From positions 1 through 45,721 of the forward strand of contig JAZDPL010000077.1 in assembly GCA_043797665.1 (NCBI GenBank): a stretch of 45,721 nt of DNA, given 5' to 3'. Source of the stretch: Candidatus Omnitrophota bacterium. GTDB taxonomy: Bacteria > Ratteibacteria > UBA8468 > MWAK01. Each line of letters begins with the position of its first letter. Position 1 is the stretch's first letter. The position numbers and the translations under genes are program-made. Of this stretch, positions 10,929 to 20,660 are shown one piece after another. A model generated the notes under the pieces. The model was not told the DNA's origin, made no database searches, and saw only the letters and a program-made list of their open reading frames with translations.

Positions 10929-11150
10929 CCTTTTGTTGAGGTTACCGCAACGGGGACAACGGGAAAAAGATTCCGAGACGCTGTCAACGTACTGATACAA
11001 ACAAAGGTTACAATTCCAGAGCCGACCCTCTTTCGGGCTGAAATCCGCAGCCCGGCGCCGGCTTTCACTTACCACCCAGAAAATGGTGATAACTCCTGTC
11101 CCGACCAGAAGATAAATCCCCAAAGCAAGGCTTAAGTCAATCGGTATCAT
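10893..11150 (-). CDS. Small membrane-anchored zinc-ribbon protein
   Basis: N-terminal TM helix, CNLC...CPRC. Confidence 0.65.
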   Translation of the reverse strand: MIPIDLSLALGIYLLVGTGVITIFWVVSESRRRAADFSPKEGRLWNCNLCLYQYVDSVSESFSRCPRCGNLNKRVAAGFSLRVED

Positions 11151-11156
11151 AAGAAT

Positions 11157-11256
11157 TGTCATTGCGAGCCCGAAGGGCGTGGCAATCTAGAGATTGCTCC
11201 CTTGCCAATCCTATGGCAAGGGGACCCGTGTCGCAAACCGCGCTCCTCGCAATGAC
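11157..11256. repeat. Family E inverted repeat (tgtcattgcgag...ctcgcaatgac) with family-D insert at 11199-11228
   Basis: Terminal IR gtcattgcgag/ctcgcaatgac, inner gcaatct/agattgc. Confidence 0.8.
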
Positions 11257-11333
11257 TCCTTCTCTTTATTATTTTACCTCAAAATAACCCTTTTGTCTAT
11301 TAGGGGTTGCTAAACATGCTATAATAATAAACA

Positions 11334-11714
11334 ATGGCTGAATACACAATTCAAGAAGCGAAGAAGGGGTTGAAAGAACGGTTGGCCGGGATTGAAACCT
11401 GGCCCAACCAGTTCCCTGGCTACACCATTACGATTGTCTTTTCGGAATTCACCTCAGTCTGCCCCAAAACAGGCTTACCGGATTTCGGCACCGTCACCAT
11501 CACCTACCAGCCCGATAAAAGATGTCTGGAACTGAAATCCCTTAAGTTATACTTTCTGGCTTACCGGAACCTGGGTATATTTTACGAAAATGCGGTTAAC
11601 CGCATCCTGAAAGACATTGTCTCCGCCGCCAAGCCAAAATGGGCTAAAGTAACCGGAGAATTCCACACCCGGGGCGGAATGAAAAGCATCGTGGAAGCAA
11701 AATATGGGTCTTAA
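11334..11714 (+). CDS. queF: NADPH-dependent 7-cyano-7-deazaguanine reductase (type I)
   Basis: EFTSVCPKTGLPDFG, ELKSLKLYF, RGGM. Confidence 0.92.
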   Translation: MAEYTIQEAKKGLKERLAGIETWPNQFPGYTITIVFSEFTSVCPKTGLPDFGTVTITYQPDKRCLELKSLKLYFLAYRNLGIFYENAVNRILKDIVSAAKPKWAKVTGEFHTRGGMKSIVEAKYGS

Positions 11715-13545
11715 AGTAACCTTCCTGCCGGAAAAGGTAACGGTAACTGCGCTTCCGGACATTACCGTACTGGAACTTGTCCGCAGAGCCAATATCGGAA
11801 TCACCGCCCTCTGCGGGGGCCGGGGTACCTGCGGGAAATGCCAGGTAAAGCTGGAACCGGCCCCGGTCCCGAACGCAGTAGAAAAAAAGGTGATTTCCGA
11901 ACCGAAATTAGCTGAAGGATTCCGGTTGGCGTGTCAAACAAAGGTCACGGACAGGGACATAACCGTACTGGTTCCCCTGGAAAGCCGGTTTCTTAATCTG
12001 AAAGTTCTGGTTTCCGGGCTGAGCCGGGATATCACGGTTAGAACCAACATCAAGAAGTACTCTCTCCAGCTCTCCCCGCCGACGATTGAAGAACAGCGAC
12101 CGGATTGGGAAAGGATTCAGCAGGCAATATCCGTCGCTTCAGGAATTACCGCCGGGGAGATTGAAACCAATATCTACCTTTTACGCCGGCTCCCGGAAAT
12201 TCTGCGTAAAAGCGCCTTTCGGGTGACCGCGGTCCTGATTGGCAAATCTCTTATCTCTGTGGAACCCGGTGATACCACCGCCAACTGTTTTGGCGTCGCA
12301 TTTGATTTAGGAACCACTACCATCGTCGGCTCACTCCTGGACATCAAAAACGCCCGGGAATTAGCGGTTGCCTCCCGCTCTAATCCCCAGAGTATTTTTG
12401 GCGCGGACGTCATCAGCCGGATTAACTACACGATGACCGAAACGGAAGGAGGAAAGCGTCTGCAGTCCGAAGCGGTAAATGCTTTCAACGAAATTATTAC
12501 CGAACTGTGTGAAAAGACCAACACCAGACCGGAGCACATCTACGAAGCGATGGTGGTCGGGAACACCGCTATGGAACACCTTTTTTTGGGTCTGCCCGCC
12601 TTCTCCCTTGCTACCAGTCCATACGTTGGAGTATGCCAGACCCCTTTGAGCCTTTCCGCAAAAAAGTTGGGCTTTGCCATTAACGAAGATGCGGTGACCC
12701 AGGCAGCCCCGCTCATCAGCGGCTTTGTGGGTGGTGACACGGTCGCGGGAATCTTAGCCACCAACCTGCACCGGGAAAAGGCATTGCGTCTCTTCATTGA
12801 TATCGGGACCAACGGCGAAATAGTAATCGGTAACCGCGAAGGTCTCTGGTGTGCCTCAGCGGCGGCCGGTCCGGCTTTTGAAGGTGCCAACATCCACTTT
12901 GGAATGCGGGCTGAATCCGGAGCCATAGACAAGGTCAGTATTGAAGAGGACGTCCGGTACAGCACGATCGGAGAAGCGCCCGCCCGGGGTATCTGCGGAA
13001 CCGGTCTGGTAGAAGCGGTGAGCGAATTGCTGCGCCGCGGGATTATCGGTGAAGATGGCCGGATGAAGCACCCTTCGGAAATGGCTCACCTTCCCGAAAA
13101 AATCCGCAGTAGAATTCAACAAGGAGAAAAAGACATCTTCTTCCTTCTGGTACCGGAAAACGGAATCAGCCTGTTTCAGAAAGATATCCGGCAATTGCAA
13201 TTAGCCAAGGCAGCCATCGCGGCCGGGATTGAAACCCTCCTGCAGAAGATTCCCCTTTCTCTTTCCGAATTGGACGAGGTACTTCTGGCCGGTGCCTTTG
13301 GCTCGTACATTGACCCCGCCGCCGCCCTCCGTTTAGGCCTTCTACCGGCTGTTCCCATGGAAAAGATTCGTTTTGTAGGCAACACCGCGCTTACCGGTTC
13401 CAAGATGATGCTTCTCTCCGAAGAGATGAAGAAAGAAGCGGAATACATTCCGGAGGTCTGTCAGTACGTGGAACTCTTTCACGAGAAGGAGTTTATGGAC
13501 CTTTTTGTAAACAAGTTACCTTTCCCGCCTCAAAATCCTCTTTGA
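11704..13545 (+). CDS. ASKHA-type [2Fe-2S] ATP-dependent reductive activator (RACo/DUF4445 family)
   Basis: CGGRGTCGKC...RLACQ, DLGTTT, GADVISRI, GFVGGD, DIGTNGE, AGPAFEG, GICGTG, QLAKAAI, LAGAFG. Confidence 0.88.
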   Translation: MGLKVTFLPEKVTVTALPDITVLELVRRANIGITALCGGRGTCGKCQVKLEPAPVPNAVEKKVISEPKLAEGFRLACQTKVTDRDITVLVPLESRFLNLKVLVSGLSRDITVRTNIKKYSLQLSPPTIEEQRPDWERIQQAISVASGITAGEIETNIYLLRRLPEILRKSAFRVTAVLIGKSLISVEPGDTTANCFGVAFDLGTTTIVGSLLDIKNARELAVASRSNPQSIFGADVISRINYTMTETEGGKRLQSEAVNAFNEIITELCEKTNTRPEHIYEAMVVGNTAMEHLFLGLPAFSLATSPYVGVCQTPLSLSAKKLGFAINEDAVTQAAPLISGFVGGDTVAGILATNLHREKALRLFIDIGTNGEIVIGNREGLWCASAAAGPAFEGANIHFGMRAESGAIDKVSIEEDVRYSTIGEAPARGICGTGLVEAVSELLRRGIIGEDGRMKHPSEMAHLPEKIRSRIQQGEKDIFFLLVPENGISLFQKDIRQLQLAKAAIAAGIETLLQKIPLSLSELDEVLLAGAFGSYIDPAAALRLGLLPAVPMEKIRFVGNTALTGSKMMLLSEEMKKEAEYIPEVCQYVELFHEKEFMDLFVNKLPFPPQNPL

Positions 13546-13936
13546 CCTTATTCAGGATTCCGTTGACAAACCGGTAGGATTCTTCGGTACCGTAAGTCTT
13601 TGCCAGTTCCACCGCCTCATCGATGCAGACCACCGGGGGTACCGAACTGTCTTTTTGAAGCATTTCCGAAAGGGCCAGACGCAAAATATTCCGGTCTAAC
13701 AGCGCCACCCGGTCAAAGGACCAGTTAGACGAATACCGGGCAATCAGACGGTCGATCTCCTTCCGGTTTTGTCTTACAATACCAACCAGATTCAGAGCGA
13801 ACCCGGCAATAGAGGGTTCCGCACCACTTATATCCACCATTTCGGTCAGTCTCTCTTCCAGATTTTTGTCCGGCCGTATCTCTAAGGAATAGAGACACCG
13901 CAACGCCAATTCCCTTCCCTTTCTCCTCTTTCCCAT
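13493..13936 (-). CDS. nusB: Transcription antitermination factor NusB
   Basis: RRKGRELAL, WSFDRVALLDRNILRL, IDEAVELAK, FVNGIL. Confidence 0.92.
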   Translation of the reverse strand: MGKRRKGRELALRCLYSLEIRPDKNLEERLTEMVDISGAEPSIAGFALNLVGIVRQNRKEIDRLIARYSSNWSFDRVALLDRNILRLALSEMLQKDSSVPPVVCIDEAVELAKTYGTEESYRFVNGILNKVKEDFEAGKVTCLQKGP

Positions 13937-13965
13937 AAATCCTACTACAAACGACTTGAGTAAAT

Positions 13966-14042
13966 TGTCATTCCTGCGGATAGTAAGCAGGAATCCATAC
14001 CCCTAATCACTGGATTCCCGCTAAAAACATGCGGGAATGACA
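13966..14042. repeat. Inverted pair of family C palindromes
   Basis: tgtcattcctgc..gcaggaatcca / ctggattcccgc..gcgggaatgaca. Confidence 0.8.
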
Positions 14043-14061
14043 TAATAAATATACGTTTGTA

Positions 14062-14754
14062 TTAATTGCGGAAGCGGTATTTTATCAGAGTCCAGACGGC
14101 GTAAATTCCGTCGGAAAACCGGATCTTTTTCCCGGCCTTTATATTACGGGGATAATAATGGATTGGTACTTCGCAGATCCGGTATCCCTTCTTAATTATC
14201 CTGGCGGTAACCTCCGGACAAAACTCAAACCTCCGGCACTTAAGGTCCAGACTTTGCAAGACATCCCTTTTGAAGACCTTGTATCCGGTAGGTTCATCGG
14301 TAATTTTAGTCCGGTAAAGAAGTCTGGTCAGAAAAGAGAGCATCTTTCCGCCCAAAAAGAAACCTAACGAGGATATCTTCTTGGCACTCAGTTCCCGCGA
14401 GCCATAAACTACACTTACTTTACCCTCTATAATCGGCCGGATAAGACTAAAATAGTCCTGCGGGTCATACTCCAAATCCGCATCCTGAACGATGATGATA
14501 TCGCCGGTTGCCTGCGGTAAACCGGTACGGATGGCTGCCCCTTTACCTAAATTGCCATGATGTTGCATAATTATAATCCGGTTATCGGTGTCCTGGTCTC
14601 CGGCAATTTCGTTTAAAAAATAACCGGTCCGGTCCGTGGAGCCGTCGTTGACAATAATAATCTCCTTGGGTAATCTGACCTCCTTTACCCGCCGGACAAT
14701 TTCAATGATGGTACTCTCCTCGTTATAGACCGGCATAATGACCGATATCTTCAT
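14062..14754 (-). CDS. GT2 glycosyltransferase (DPM1-like)
   Basis: [38 protein letters not shown]. Confidence 0.9.
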   Translation of the reverse strand: MKISVIMPVYNEESTIIEIVRRVKEVRLPKEIIIVNDGSTDRTGYFLNEIAGDQDTDNRIIIMQHHGNLGKGAAIRTGLPQATGDIIIVQDADLEYDPQDYFSLIRPIIEGKVSVVYGSRELSAKKISSLGFFLGGKMLSFLTRLLYRTKITDEPTGYKVFKRDVLQSLDLKCRRFEFCPEVTARIIKKGYRICEVPIHYYPRNIKAGKKIRFSDGIYAVWTLIKYRFRN

Positions 14755-15914
14755 AGACACGGTAATCTCCTAATCCCCTTGCCAGCAATAACAGCCAGCA
14801 GAGGTAATACTGGAATATGATAACGGGGAATAGCCAGAAGAAAGATGTGGGTCAAGGTAAAATAGGTTATCATTAAAATAGGGATAAAAACAAGTCGGTT
14901 TTTCTCTTGAAAAGCGGCCCGGATGCCCAGAACTGCCAGAAAAAGAAGCAAATACTGAAGAATAAAAAGAACTACTTTTTCTATCTGCCTCCCTTCCAGA
15001 ACTCTCCGGCCGCCGGGAATCTGAAGCCAGAATCGTCCCATCTTGCGGAAACAGAGAAAGGCATAAGCCCCGGGATTCTGTTTAATGTTCTTTATCCCCT
15101 CCGCAAAGAACTTTTTGTCCGCTTCAACAGAAGAAAGACCCTTGACTAAATTATTTGCATCGCTAAAGTCTTGCCAATTATAGTCTCCATTCCAGGGAGG
15201 GTAACTACCCACCCAAAGGTTAAAACCACCTCCGGTAGCCACCGGGATAAACTGACGGAAAACCAAAACATTTCTTACTGTCCAGGGTAAAATCGGCACC
15301 AGCATCCCCAAAGAAAATAAAACCACAAAAACCAGGTTTTCCTTTACCTTTCGGGAAATGCAGTATAGCCCTATCAAAAGAAAAGGGGGGAAAAGAAGAG
15401 TGACCGGTCTGGTCAACGTCGCCAAGCCTGAAAGAATCCCCGACCGGACCCAGTCAGATTTCTTTTTTTCCTTCCAGGCACGCACCGAAAAAAATACCGT
15501 TGAGGTCAATAATAAAGTGGTCAGGGTTTCGGTAAGGATATAAGAAGTAGAAGCAATCAGTGAAGGATTGATTACGGCTAAAGATGCGCCCAAAAAGGCG
15601 GTTTTTTTGTTTTGAAAAATCTTTTTACCTAAAAAATATACCAGAACGCAGGCGGCCGCATCCAAGACTGCCTGTACGATTCTGACCGCAAGAAAATTGT
15701 GCCCAAAAAAGAAGTAAATAACGGTCAGGAAAAGGGGATAGAGGGGTGGTCGTTTTATGTTGGCGGAAAAACCGAAGCCCCCTAATAGATTGAGGGCGTA
15801 ATCATCATACTCCGGTGTGTCCCCCGCGTCAAGGGGCACAAGGATAACGAAGAGAAGACGCAAAAGAAAAGCGGAAAGAAAGATAAGCCAGACTGCCCTT
15901 TTCTCAATTTTCAC
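14751..15914 (-). CDS. ArnT/PMT-like (GT-C) membrane glycosyltransferase
   Basis: Multi-[29 protein letters not shown]. Confidence 0.8.
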   Translation of the reverse strand: MKIEKRAVWLIFLSAFLLRLLFVILVPLDAGDTPEYDDYALNLLGGFGFSANIKRPPLYPLFLTVIYFFFGHNFLAVRIVQAVLDAAACVLVYFLGKKIFQNKKTAFLGASLAVINPSLIASTSYILTETLTTLLLTSTVFFSVRAWKEKKKSDWVRSGILSGLATLTRPVTLLFPPFLLIGLYCISRKVKENLVFVVLFSLGMLVPILPWTVRNVLVFRQFIPVATGGGFNLWVGSYPPWNGDYNWQDFSDANNLVKGLSSVEADKKFFAEGIKNIKQNPGAYAFLCFRKMGRFWLQIPGGRRVLEGRQIEKVVLFILQYLLLFLAVLGIRAAFQEKNRLVFIPILMITYFTLTHIFLLAIPRYHIPVLPLLAVIAGKGIRRLPCL

Positions 15915-15952
15915 AGAACACCACGTATCTCAAGTTAAATTTTCCGCCATTA

Positions 15953-16255
15953 GGGGTTGCTAAACAATAAAACAGACTATTTGGAGTCCCAGATTTGAGG
16001 TCAGTGCAAGGCACGACAAGGGTCCCCTTGTCATAGGATTGACAAGGGAAGGTTATGTGCCCACTATGGCACATAACCGAGGAGCAACGCCGCAATGACC
16101 CAAAGATGGGACCCCCCGAAGGGCCAGGCCGCTTTTGGGCTGCGATTGCGTCGCTCATCGCTTCCGTACCACAGGGGGTACGCCAGCTTCTTCGCTCCTT
16201 GTCTCGCTCCAAAATCGCCTCTGGCAAATAGTCAGTTTTATTGTTTAGCAACCCC
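15953..16255 (-). mobile_element. Family A copy 2 (303 bp = 273 + 30-bp family-D insert at 16019-16048)
   Basis: TIR ggggttgctaaacaataaa; TTA on both sides. Confidence 0.9.
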
Positions 16256-17420
16256 TTACCCCTATTTTTTCCCTAATCGGTTCCGGCAGGGCTTCCAGCA
16301 GGTCCTCCAGGTCAAGCCCTTTTGTCTCAAAAGAGAAGTCAAAACCTTTTTTGCCCATGGTGCCGGAAAGGGATATCTCTCCACCTGTTTGGGTAAAGAT
16401 ACGCACCTGGTTCAAGCGGCCTGATTCCGCAAAAAAGTCATAATAACCTTTAACCTCTCCGGAAAGCGGTGGAATCTGCTGCTGAGGGAAGAAAAGGTTC
16501 TGAAAGGAGAGGCAATAATCAACAGACTGCGCCTGCCACTGGTCTTTCTTGTGCCGGAAAGTAAAGTATACTTGACCATCCATCAACCCTTCGGTTGGCA
16601 TATCAGGCAGGTTAATTGATTTTTTCAATTCGGAAAGAGAAATCTTAACCAGATTCACGGAAAGTTTTCCATACTGACCTTCAGGGGCTGTCGCAGAATA
16701 AAGTTGACTATTTGGAGTCCCGGATTTGAGGTCAGTGCAAGGCGCGACAAAGGCTCTGTGCCCACTGTGGCACATAGCCGAGAAACAACGCCGCAATGAC
16801 CCAAAGATGGGACTCCCCGAAGGGCCAGACCGCTTTTGGGCTGCGACTGCGTCGCTCATCGCTTGCGTAGCGCTGTGGCTACGCAAGATTCTTTGCTCCT
16901 TGTCTCGCTCCAAAATCGCCTCTGGCAAATAGGCAACTTTATTCTGCGACAGCCCCTTAGTCTCAATCTGCCCGGAAAGATTAATCTCGCCGACCTTATC
17001 AATCTTTACCCGTAAGCCGGATACTTGATAGATACCGCTGATGAAATCACCTTTTACTTTGCCGGTGAGCCGGAGTGGTCTGGGTTCACCGGAACCAAAC
17101 TGCCCTTTTCCCGTCACTGCAAACAGGAAGGGTTCTTTAGAAACAGCTCTCTGCATCGTAATATTCGTTAAGGAAAGGGAAATTGGTGGTTTACCCCAAG
17201 CAGAAAAGTTAACCTCTTTTACGGAAAGACCGGGGCCGGGCAGTAGCATCGGTTCAACCAACCATACCTTTCCCTGACTATCGTGGTTTATCCGCCAGGC
17301 GATATACCTTCCAGCCAGTTCCGGCATGCTAAAACCTATCCCAAGAACGCTAAATGCAAACAGGCTGCCTAAGATAAGCAAAAATACCCTCGTCAGTTTT
17401 AATCGAACGATAGTAGTCAT
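16245..17420 (-). CDS. Hypothetical membrane-anchored beta-rich protein carrying an in-frame family-A insertion
   Basis: N-terminal TM helix; 92-aa element peptide internal; stop supplied by the copy 2 TIR. Confidence 0.6.
   Translation of the reverse strand: MTTIVRLKLTRVFLLILGSLFAFSVLGIGFSMPELAGRYIAWRINHDSQGKVWLVEPMLLPGPGLSVKEVNFSAWGKPPISLSLTNITMQRAVSKEPFLFAVTGKGQFGSGEPRPLRLTGKVKGDFISGIYQVSGLRVKIDKVGEINLSGQIETKGLSQNKVAYLPEAILERDKEQRILRSHSATQAMSDAVAAQKRSGPSGSPIFGSLRRCFSAMCHSGHRAFVAPCTDLKSGTPNSQLYSATAPEGQYGKLSVNLVKISLSELKKSINLPDMPTEGLMDGQVYFTFRHKKDQWQAQSVDYCLSFQNLFFPQQQIPPLSGEVKGYYDFFAESGRLNQVRIFTQTGGEISLSGTMGKKGFDFSFETKGLDLEDLLEALPEPIREKIGVRGC
16684..16956 (-). mobile_element. Family A copy 3 (273 bp), in-frame in a CDS
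   Basis: TIR ggggctgtcgcagaataaagttg; flanks tca/tta. Confidence 0.9.
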
Positions 17421-17427
17421 AAACCCT

Positions 17428-18498
17428 TTAGCAATCCTTTATGTCTTCGTATTCCGGTTTCATCTGGACAACCCCGCCCCGGTAACGACCGACCTTTATC
17501 CGGACAGGTTTGCCCGCTACCCTTGTCTTCCTGAACTCCCGTTCCAGAACAACCCGCCTGGTTTCCTTTATTCTGACTCCAAAGGTAGTGGTCTGGGTAA
17601 AGAGAATCCCTAAAACCTTTCCCAGGTCTTCTTTCCGCAGGATAATCTCCAATTTGTTGCCGGGCCGGCTCTTCTTCATCAAACCCGGCATGAGGATGAA
17701 GTCAAGGATACCCGCGGTCTGTAAATTTTGAAAGACTTTTTCGTACGCATACGGCGGCATATCATCTAAATTTGTTTCCAGAACTAAAACTTCATCTTCA
17801 CAAACAGAAGAGATTGGTTCCGCGACAAAGAAGGAAAGAATATTGGGAGAAGGAACAGAGCGGGTTCCGGTACCAAATCCAACCGCCAGAAGACGGAATA
17901 TCGGCGGCGGTTCAAAAACAGCCAGTTCCGTCAGGATCGCTGCGGCAGTGGGCGTCGTACACTCCGGAAGAGCCGGGTCTATTTTAACCGGGAATTCATT
18001 TAAGAGCAAAACGGTAGCGGGTGCGGGGGACCCTAAATTCAGATAGGAAGAGTAAACCTTTGTTATTCCCAGAAGGTCTAAACCGACTACCACCGACACG
18101 ACATCCACCATGCTGTCGGTCTCACCCACCTGGTGGAAATGGCTGGGAACCTTTCCGTGCACCTCTTTTTCCGCTTTAGCCAGCCGTTCAAAGATAGCCA
18201 GAACTCTTGCCTTCTGCCTCGAATGAAGCCCGCTCCTTGAAATCAGAGAACTGATTTTCCCAGGAGAACGCCCCTCTTCTTTACGTGAAATCCCAACCAC
18301 AAAACGCCTGGCTAAACGGCAGTGACCAATCCTGGGGTCAGACCGTTCTTCCTGCCGGCTGGAAATTTTATAACCGGTAATCGGAACTTTTTTAAGTTCC
18401 TGTTGCAGACGGGACAAAGAAAGACCGGCATCAAGCAGGCTGGCGACAATCATATCTCCGGAAGCGCCCAAACTTCCGTCAAAATACCCTATCTTCAT
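17428..18498 (-). CDS. larC: LarC (DUF111) family nickel-insertion protein, divergent
   Basis: YFDG..GASGDM, LAKAE..VHG, HFHQVG, PAPAT, TPTAAAIL, LETNLDD, MKKSRPG, TTTFGVR, KPEYED. Confidence 0.8.
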   Translation of the reverse strand: MKIGYFDGSLGASGDMIVASLLDAGLSLSRLQQELKKVPITGYKISSRQEERSDPRIGHCRLARRFVVGISRKEEGRSPGKISSLISRSGLHSRQKARVLAIFERLAKAEKEVHGKVPSHFHQVGETDSMVDVVSVVVGLDLLGITKVYSSYLNLGSPAPATVLLLNEFPVKIDPALPECTTPTAAAILTELAVFEPPPIFRLLAVGFGTGTRSVPSPNILSFFVAEPISSVCEDEVLVLETNLDDMPPYAYEKVFQNLQTAGILDFILMPGLMKKSRPGNKLEIILRKEDLGKVLGILFTQTTTFGVRIKETRRVVLEREFRKTRVAGKPVRIKVGRYRGGVVQMKPEYEDIKDC

Positions 18499-18505
18499 CC
18501 CCTGT

Positions 18506-18790
18506 CTAAATTTTGTGGCTTACCGCACTCCGGCTGATGCGCACCTGAATCTTGGGCGCAATCTCCACCACGAAAGTCTCTGCCTTTACCTCTACGATCT
18601 TCCCGTAAAGACCACCCAGGGTAACAATCTCATCACCAACCTTTAAAGCATCCAGCACATCCTGGTGTTTCTTCTGTTTCCGCTGCTGCGGAAGAATCAG
18701 AAGAAAATAGAAGATGCCAAAAATGAAAACGAGTGGCAAAAAACTCAGAAGCGGATTCTGCGGCGTACCCGGTACTGTACCTTGCGGCAT
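18506..18790 (-). CDS. yajC: Preprotein translocase subunit YajC
   Basis: IFYFLLILPQQRKQK, LKVGDEIVTLGGLYG. Confidence 0.92.
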   Translation of the reverse strand: MPQGTVPGTPQNPLLSFLPLVFIFGIFYFLLILPQQRKQKKHQDVLDALKVGDEIVTLGGLYGKIVEVKAETFVVEIAPKIQVRISRSAVSHKI

Positions 18791-18867
18791 AACTACCTCC
18801 CATTCATAATCTTCTAATCTACACGCAGGCTTAAAGCCTGTAACTACCCCTAATCTTTAATCTTCTG

Positions 18868-19932
18868 TTACTTACAACGCAAAAAACATTCTTCCGGGAT
18901 ACCCAGTTCCTTACATAATCCCATCGCCTCCTTAACATACCGTTTGGTCAACGCGTCCCGGTAGCCGCTGACTGTGGGAAAGTCTTTATATTTTCTTAAA
19001 TGGGCCTGAGCCTTTTGCCAGAAAAGTTCCCGGACATATTTCCCGAAGAGAGAAGCCAGTGCAATTAGAAAAGACGAATCTTCGCCATCTTCAAGGTAGG
19101 AAATTTTGCCAACCGTATCCAGCCCAACGTTAGGGGTTGTCATCTCTGGCAAATAGTTAGTTTTATTCTGCGACAACCCCTCAATAAAGTAGGAGGAAAT
19201 TTTCTTATCCTCCCTGACTTTTACCACGGAGTGTTCTGCGCCAAAGGTCAGAGAAAGCATTGGGAAATAATACCGCATCCCGCCGACCTTCCCTAAGGAA
19301 GCCCAAAAAGGTTCGCCATCTAAAGACTGACGCACGAGATTCAAGCCAGCCTCGACGACCAGGTCTGACTTGTTCTTCCCCCCACTTTTTAACGCGCGGT
19401 TGAATAACGAAGGACAAACCACCAGAGACCGGACTCTTTCCAGAGATACCCCGGCTCCGTTAGCCTTCTCCTTTAACTCTGCCGCTAAGTCCATAATCTT
19501 TCTTGAACGGTCCTGGCTCAGGTTCAAAGGGATGTCGGTCTCCCAGCAAAACGCAATCTCTCCTTTAGGCAACCCTTTATCCAAACAAGGAAATTGAACG
19601 TTTAAAACCGGGTTTGCCAGTATCCGGTCTAAAAATTCATCCGCGGTCTCCGGAATATACCCCTCAGAAAGATAGAAAAACCCAAGGACCATATCTTCCG
19701 CAGAGCGGGCCCGTTTCCGACTATTCCCAAACACCAGTTTACTGTCACAGACAAAAGGAGTTTCGCCCGGCTGTTTTTCCAGATTCAGGAGGAGCCACAA
19801 ATCAGGCACTTCTTCAGTCAAAAACCCGGAAGAATTAAGAAATGCTGAAGGAGACGTTACAGAAACCGCAGTAACCACCAGCGGTCCTAAGAGCGGTCCA
19901 TAACCGTTCTCGTCAACTCCAATCAGTCTCAT
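18868..19932 (-). CDS. RNase HII-like protein
   Basis: IGVDENGYGPLLGPLVV, DSK, IALASLFGKYVRE, SGYRD. Confidence 0.65.
   Translation of the reverse strand: MRLIGVDENGYGPLLGPLVVTAVSVTSPSAFLNSSGFLTEEVPDLWLLLNLEKQPGETPFVCDSKLVFGNSRKRARSAEDMVLGFFYLSEGYIPETADEFLDRILANPVLNVQFPCLDKGLPKGEIAFCWETDIPLNLSQDRSRKIMDLAAELKEKANGAGVSLERVRSLVVCPSLFNRALKSGGKNKSDLVVEAGLNLVRQSLDGEPFWASLGKVGGMRYYFPMLSLTFGAEHSVVKVREDKKISSYFIEGLSQNKTNYLPEMTTPNVGLDTVGKISYLEDGEDSSFLIALASLFGKYVRELFWQKAQAHLRKYKDFPTVSGYRDALTKRYVKEAMGLCKELGIPEECFLRCK
19133..19180 (-). mobile_element. Internally deleted family A remnant (48 bp), in-frame
   Basis: tta-ggggttgtc...ctctggcaaatagttagttttattctgcgacaacccc-tca; peptide GLSQNKTNYLPEMTTP. Confidence 0.85.
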
Positions 19933-19961
19933 ACGTACAATATTGTGGATTGGTGCAACTT

Positions 19962-20029
19962 GTAGGGGCTTGATTTATCAAGCCCGCGGGTCGGATAAAT
20001 CCGACCCCTACGTAAAAATATTTAATTCG
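19962..20029 (+). repeat. Family B GTAG REP doublet
   Basis: Near-identical to 8697-8764. Confidence 0.85.
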
Positions 20030-20035
20030 TTTGCA

Positions 20036-20620
20036 TCAGGTAATGAGAAAAATACTGTAGTCGGCAAAAAGGTTCGGAAAGAGACAGACCCGACGGTGAC
20101 CCCAAAGATGAAAATCCGAAAGCACTTTTAGATTTTCCTGCCGGCAGAAAAGAATAAAATCTTTAAGACTTAAGAAATGAAGGTTTGGCGTATCGTACCA
20201 CTGGAAAGGTAAGGAACGGTTAATCGGCACCCTTCCCAGAAGGGAGATTTGGAAACGTGCACCTAAATGGCAAAAATTGGGAAAACCGACCACCACCTTT
20301 TCACCCACCCGCAACGCTTCACTAATAACCGTCCTGGGGTGACGGACTTCGGACAGGCTGCCGTTGAGAATAACGTAATGGAAACTCTTATCCGGATAAT
20401 CGGAAAGCCCTGCATCCAAATCGCCGTGAAGAACATTGACTCCGCGTCTGACACATTCCGCAATCGCTTTCTGGTCTATTTCAATCCCCTGGCCCTTAAT
20501 ACCCTTCCTTTTCGCCAGGAGAGCCAGCAGTTCGCCGTCACCGCAACCTAAGTCCAGGACACTGCTTCCTTCGGTTACAATATCAGAAATAATCCTGTAA
20601 TCCGGTCTGATTTTTTCCAT
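20036..20620 (-). CDS. metW: Methionine biosynthesis protein MetW
   Basis: RPDY, VLDLGCGDG, FPNF.H, LPFQWYDTPNLH; follows metX. Confidence 0.9.
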   Translation of the reverse strand: MEKIRPDYRIISDIVTEGSSVLDLGCGDGELLALLAKRKGIKGQGIEIDQKAIAECVRRGVNVLHGDLDAGLSDYPDKSFHYVILNGSLSEVRHPRTVISEALRVGEKVVVGFPNFCHLGARFQISLLGRVPINRSLPFQWYDTPNLHFLSLKDFILFCRQENLKVLSDFHLWGHRRVCLFPNLFADYSIFLIT

Positions 20621-20625
20621 AGATA

Positions 20626-20658
20626 CTGGATTCCGGCTTACTATCCGCCGGAATGACA
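20626..20658 (+). repeat. Family C palindrome between metX and metW
   Basis: ctggattccggc-ttactatcc-gccggaatgaca. Confidence 0.75.
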
Positions 20659-20660
20659 GA

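Noticed and set aside
19565..19579. Additional degenerate scars (tta-ggcaaccct-tta, KGLP; also larC end 17427-17441)
   Set aside because: Mismatch in the GGGG tip and too short to distinguish from chance without ortholog data.
3256..20658. CRISPR array from the ~30-bp palindromic repeats
   Set aside because: Copies are dispersed rather than regularly spaced, and no cas genes are present.
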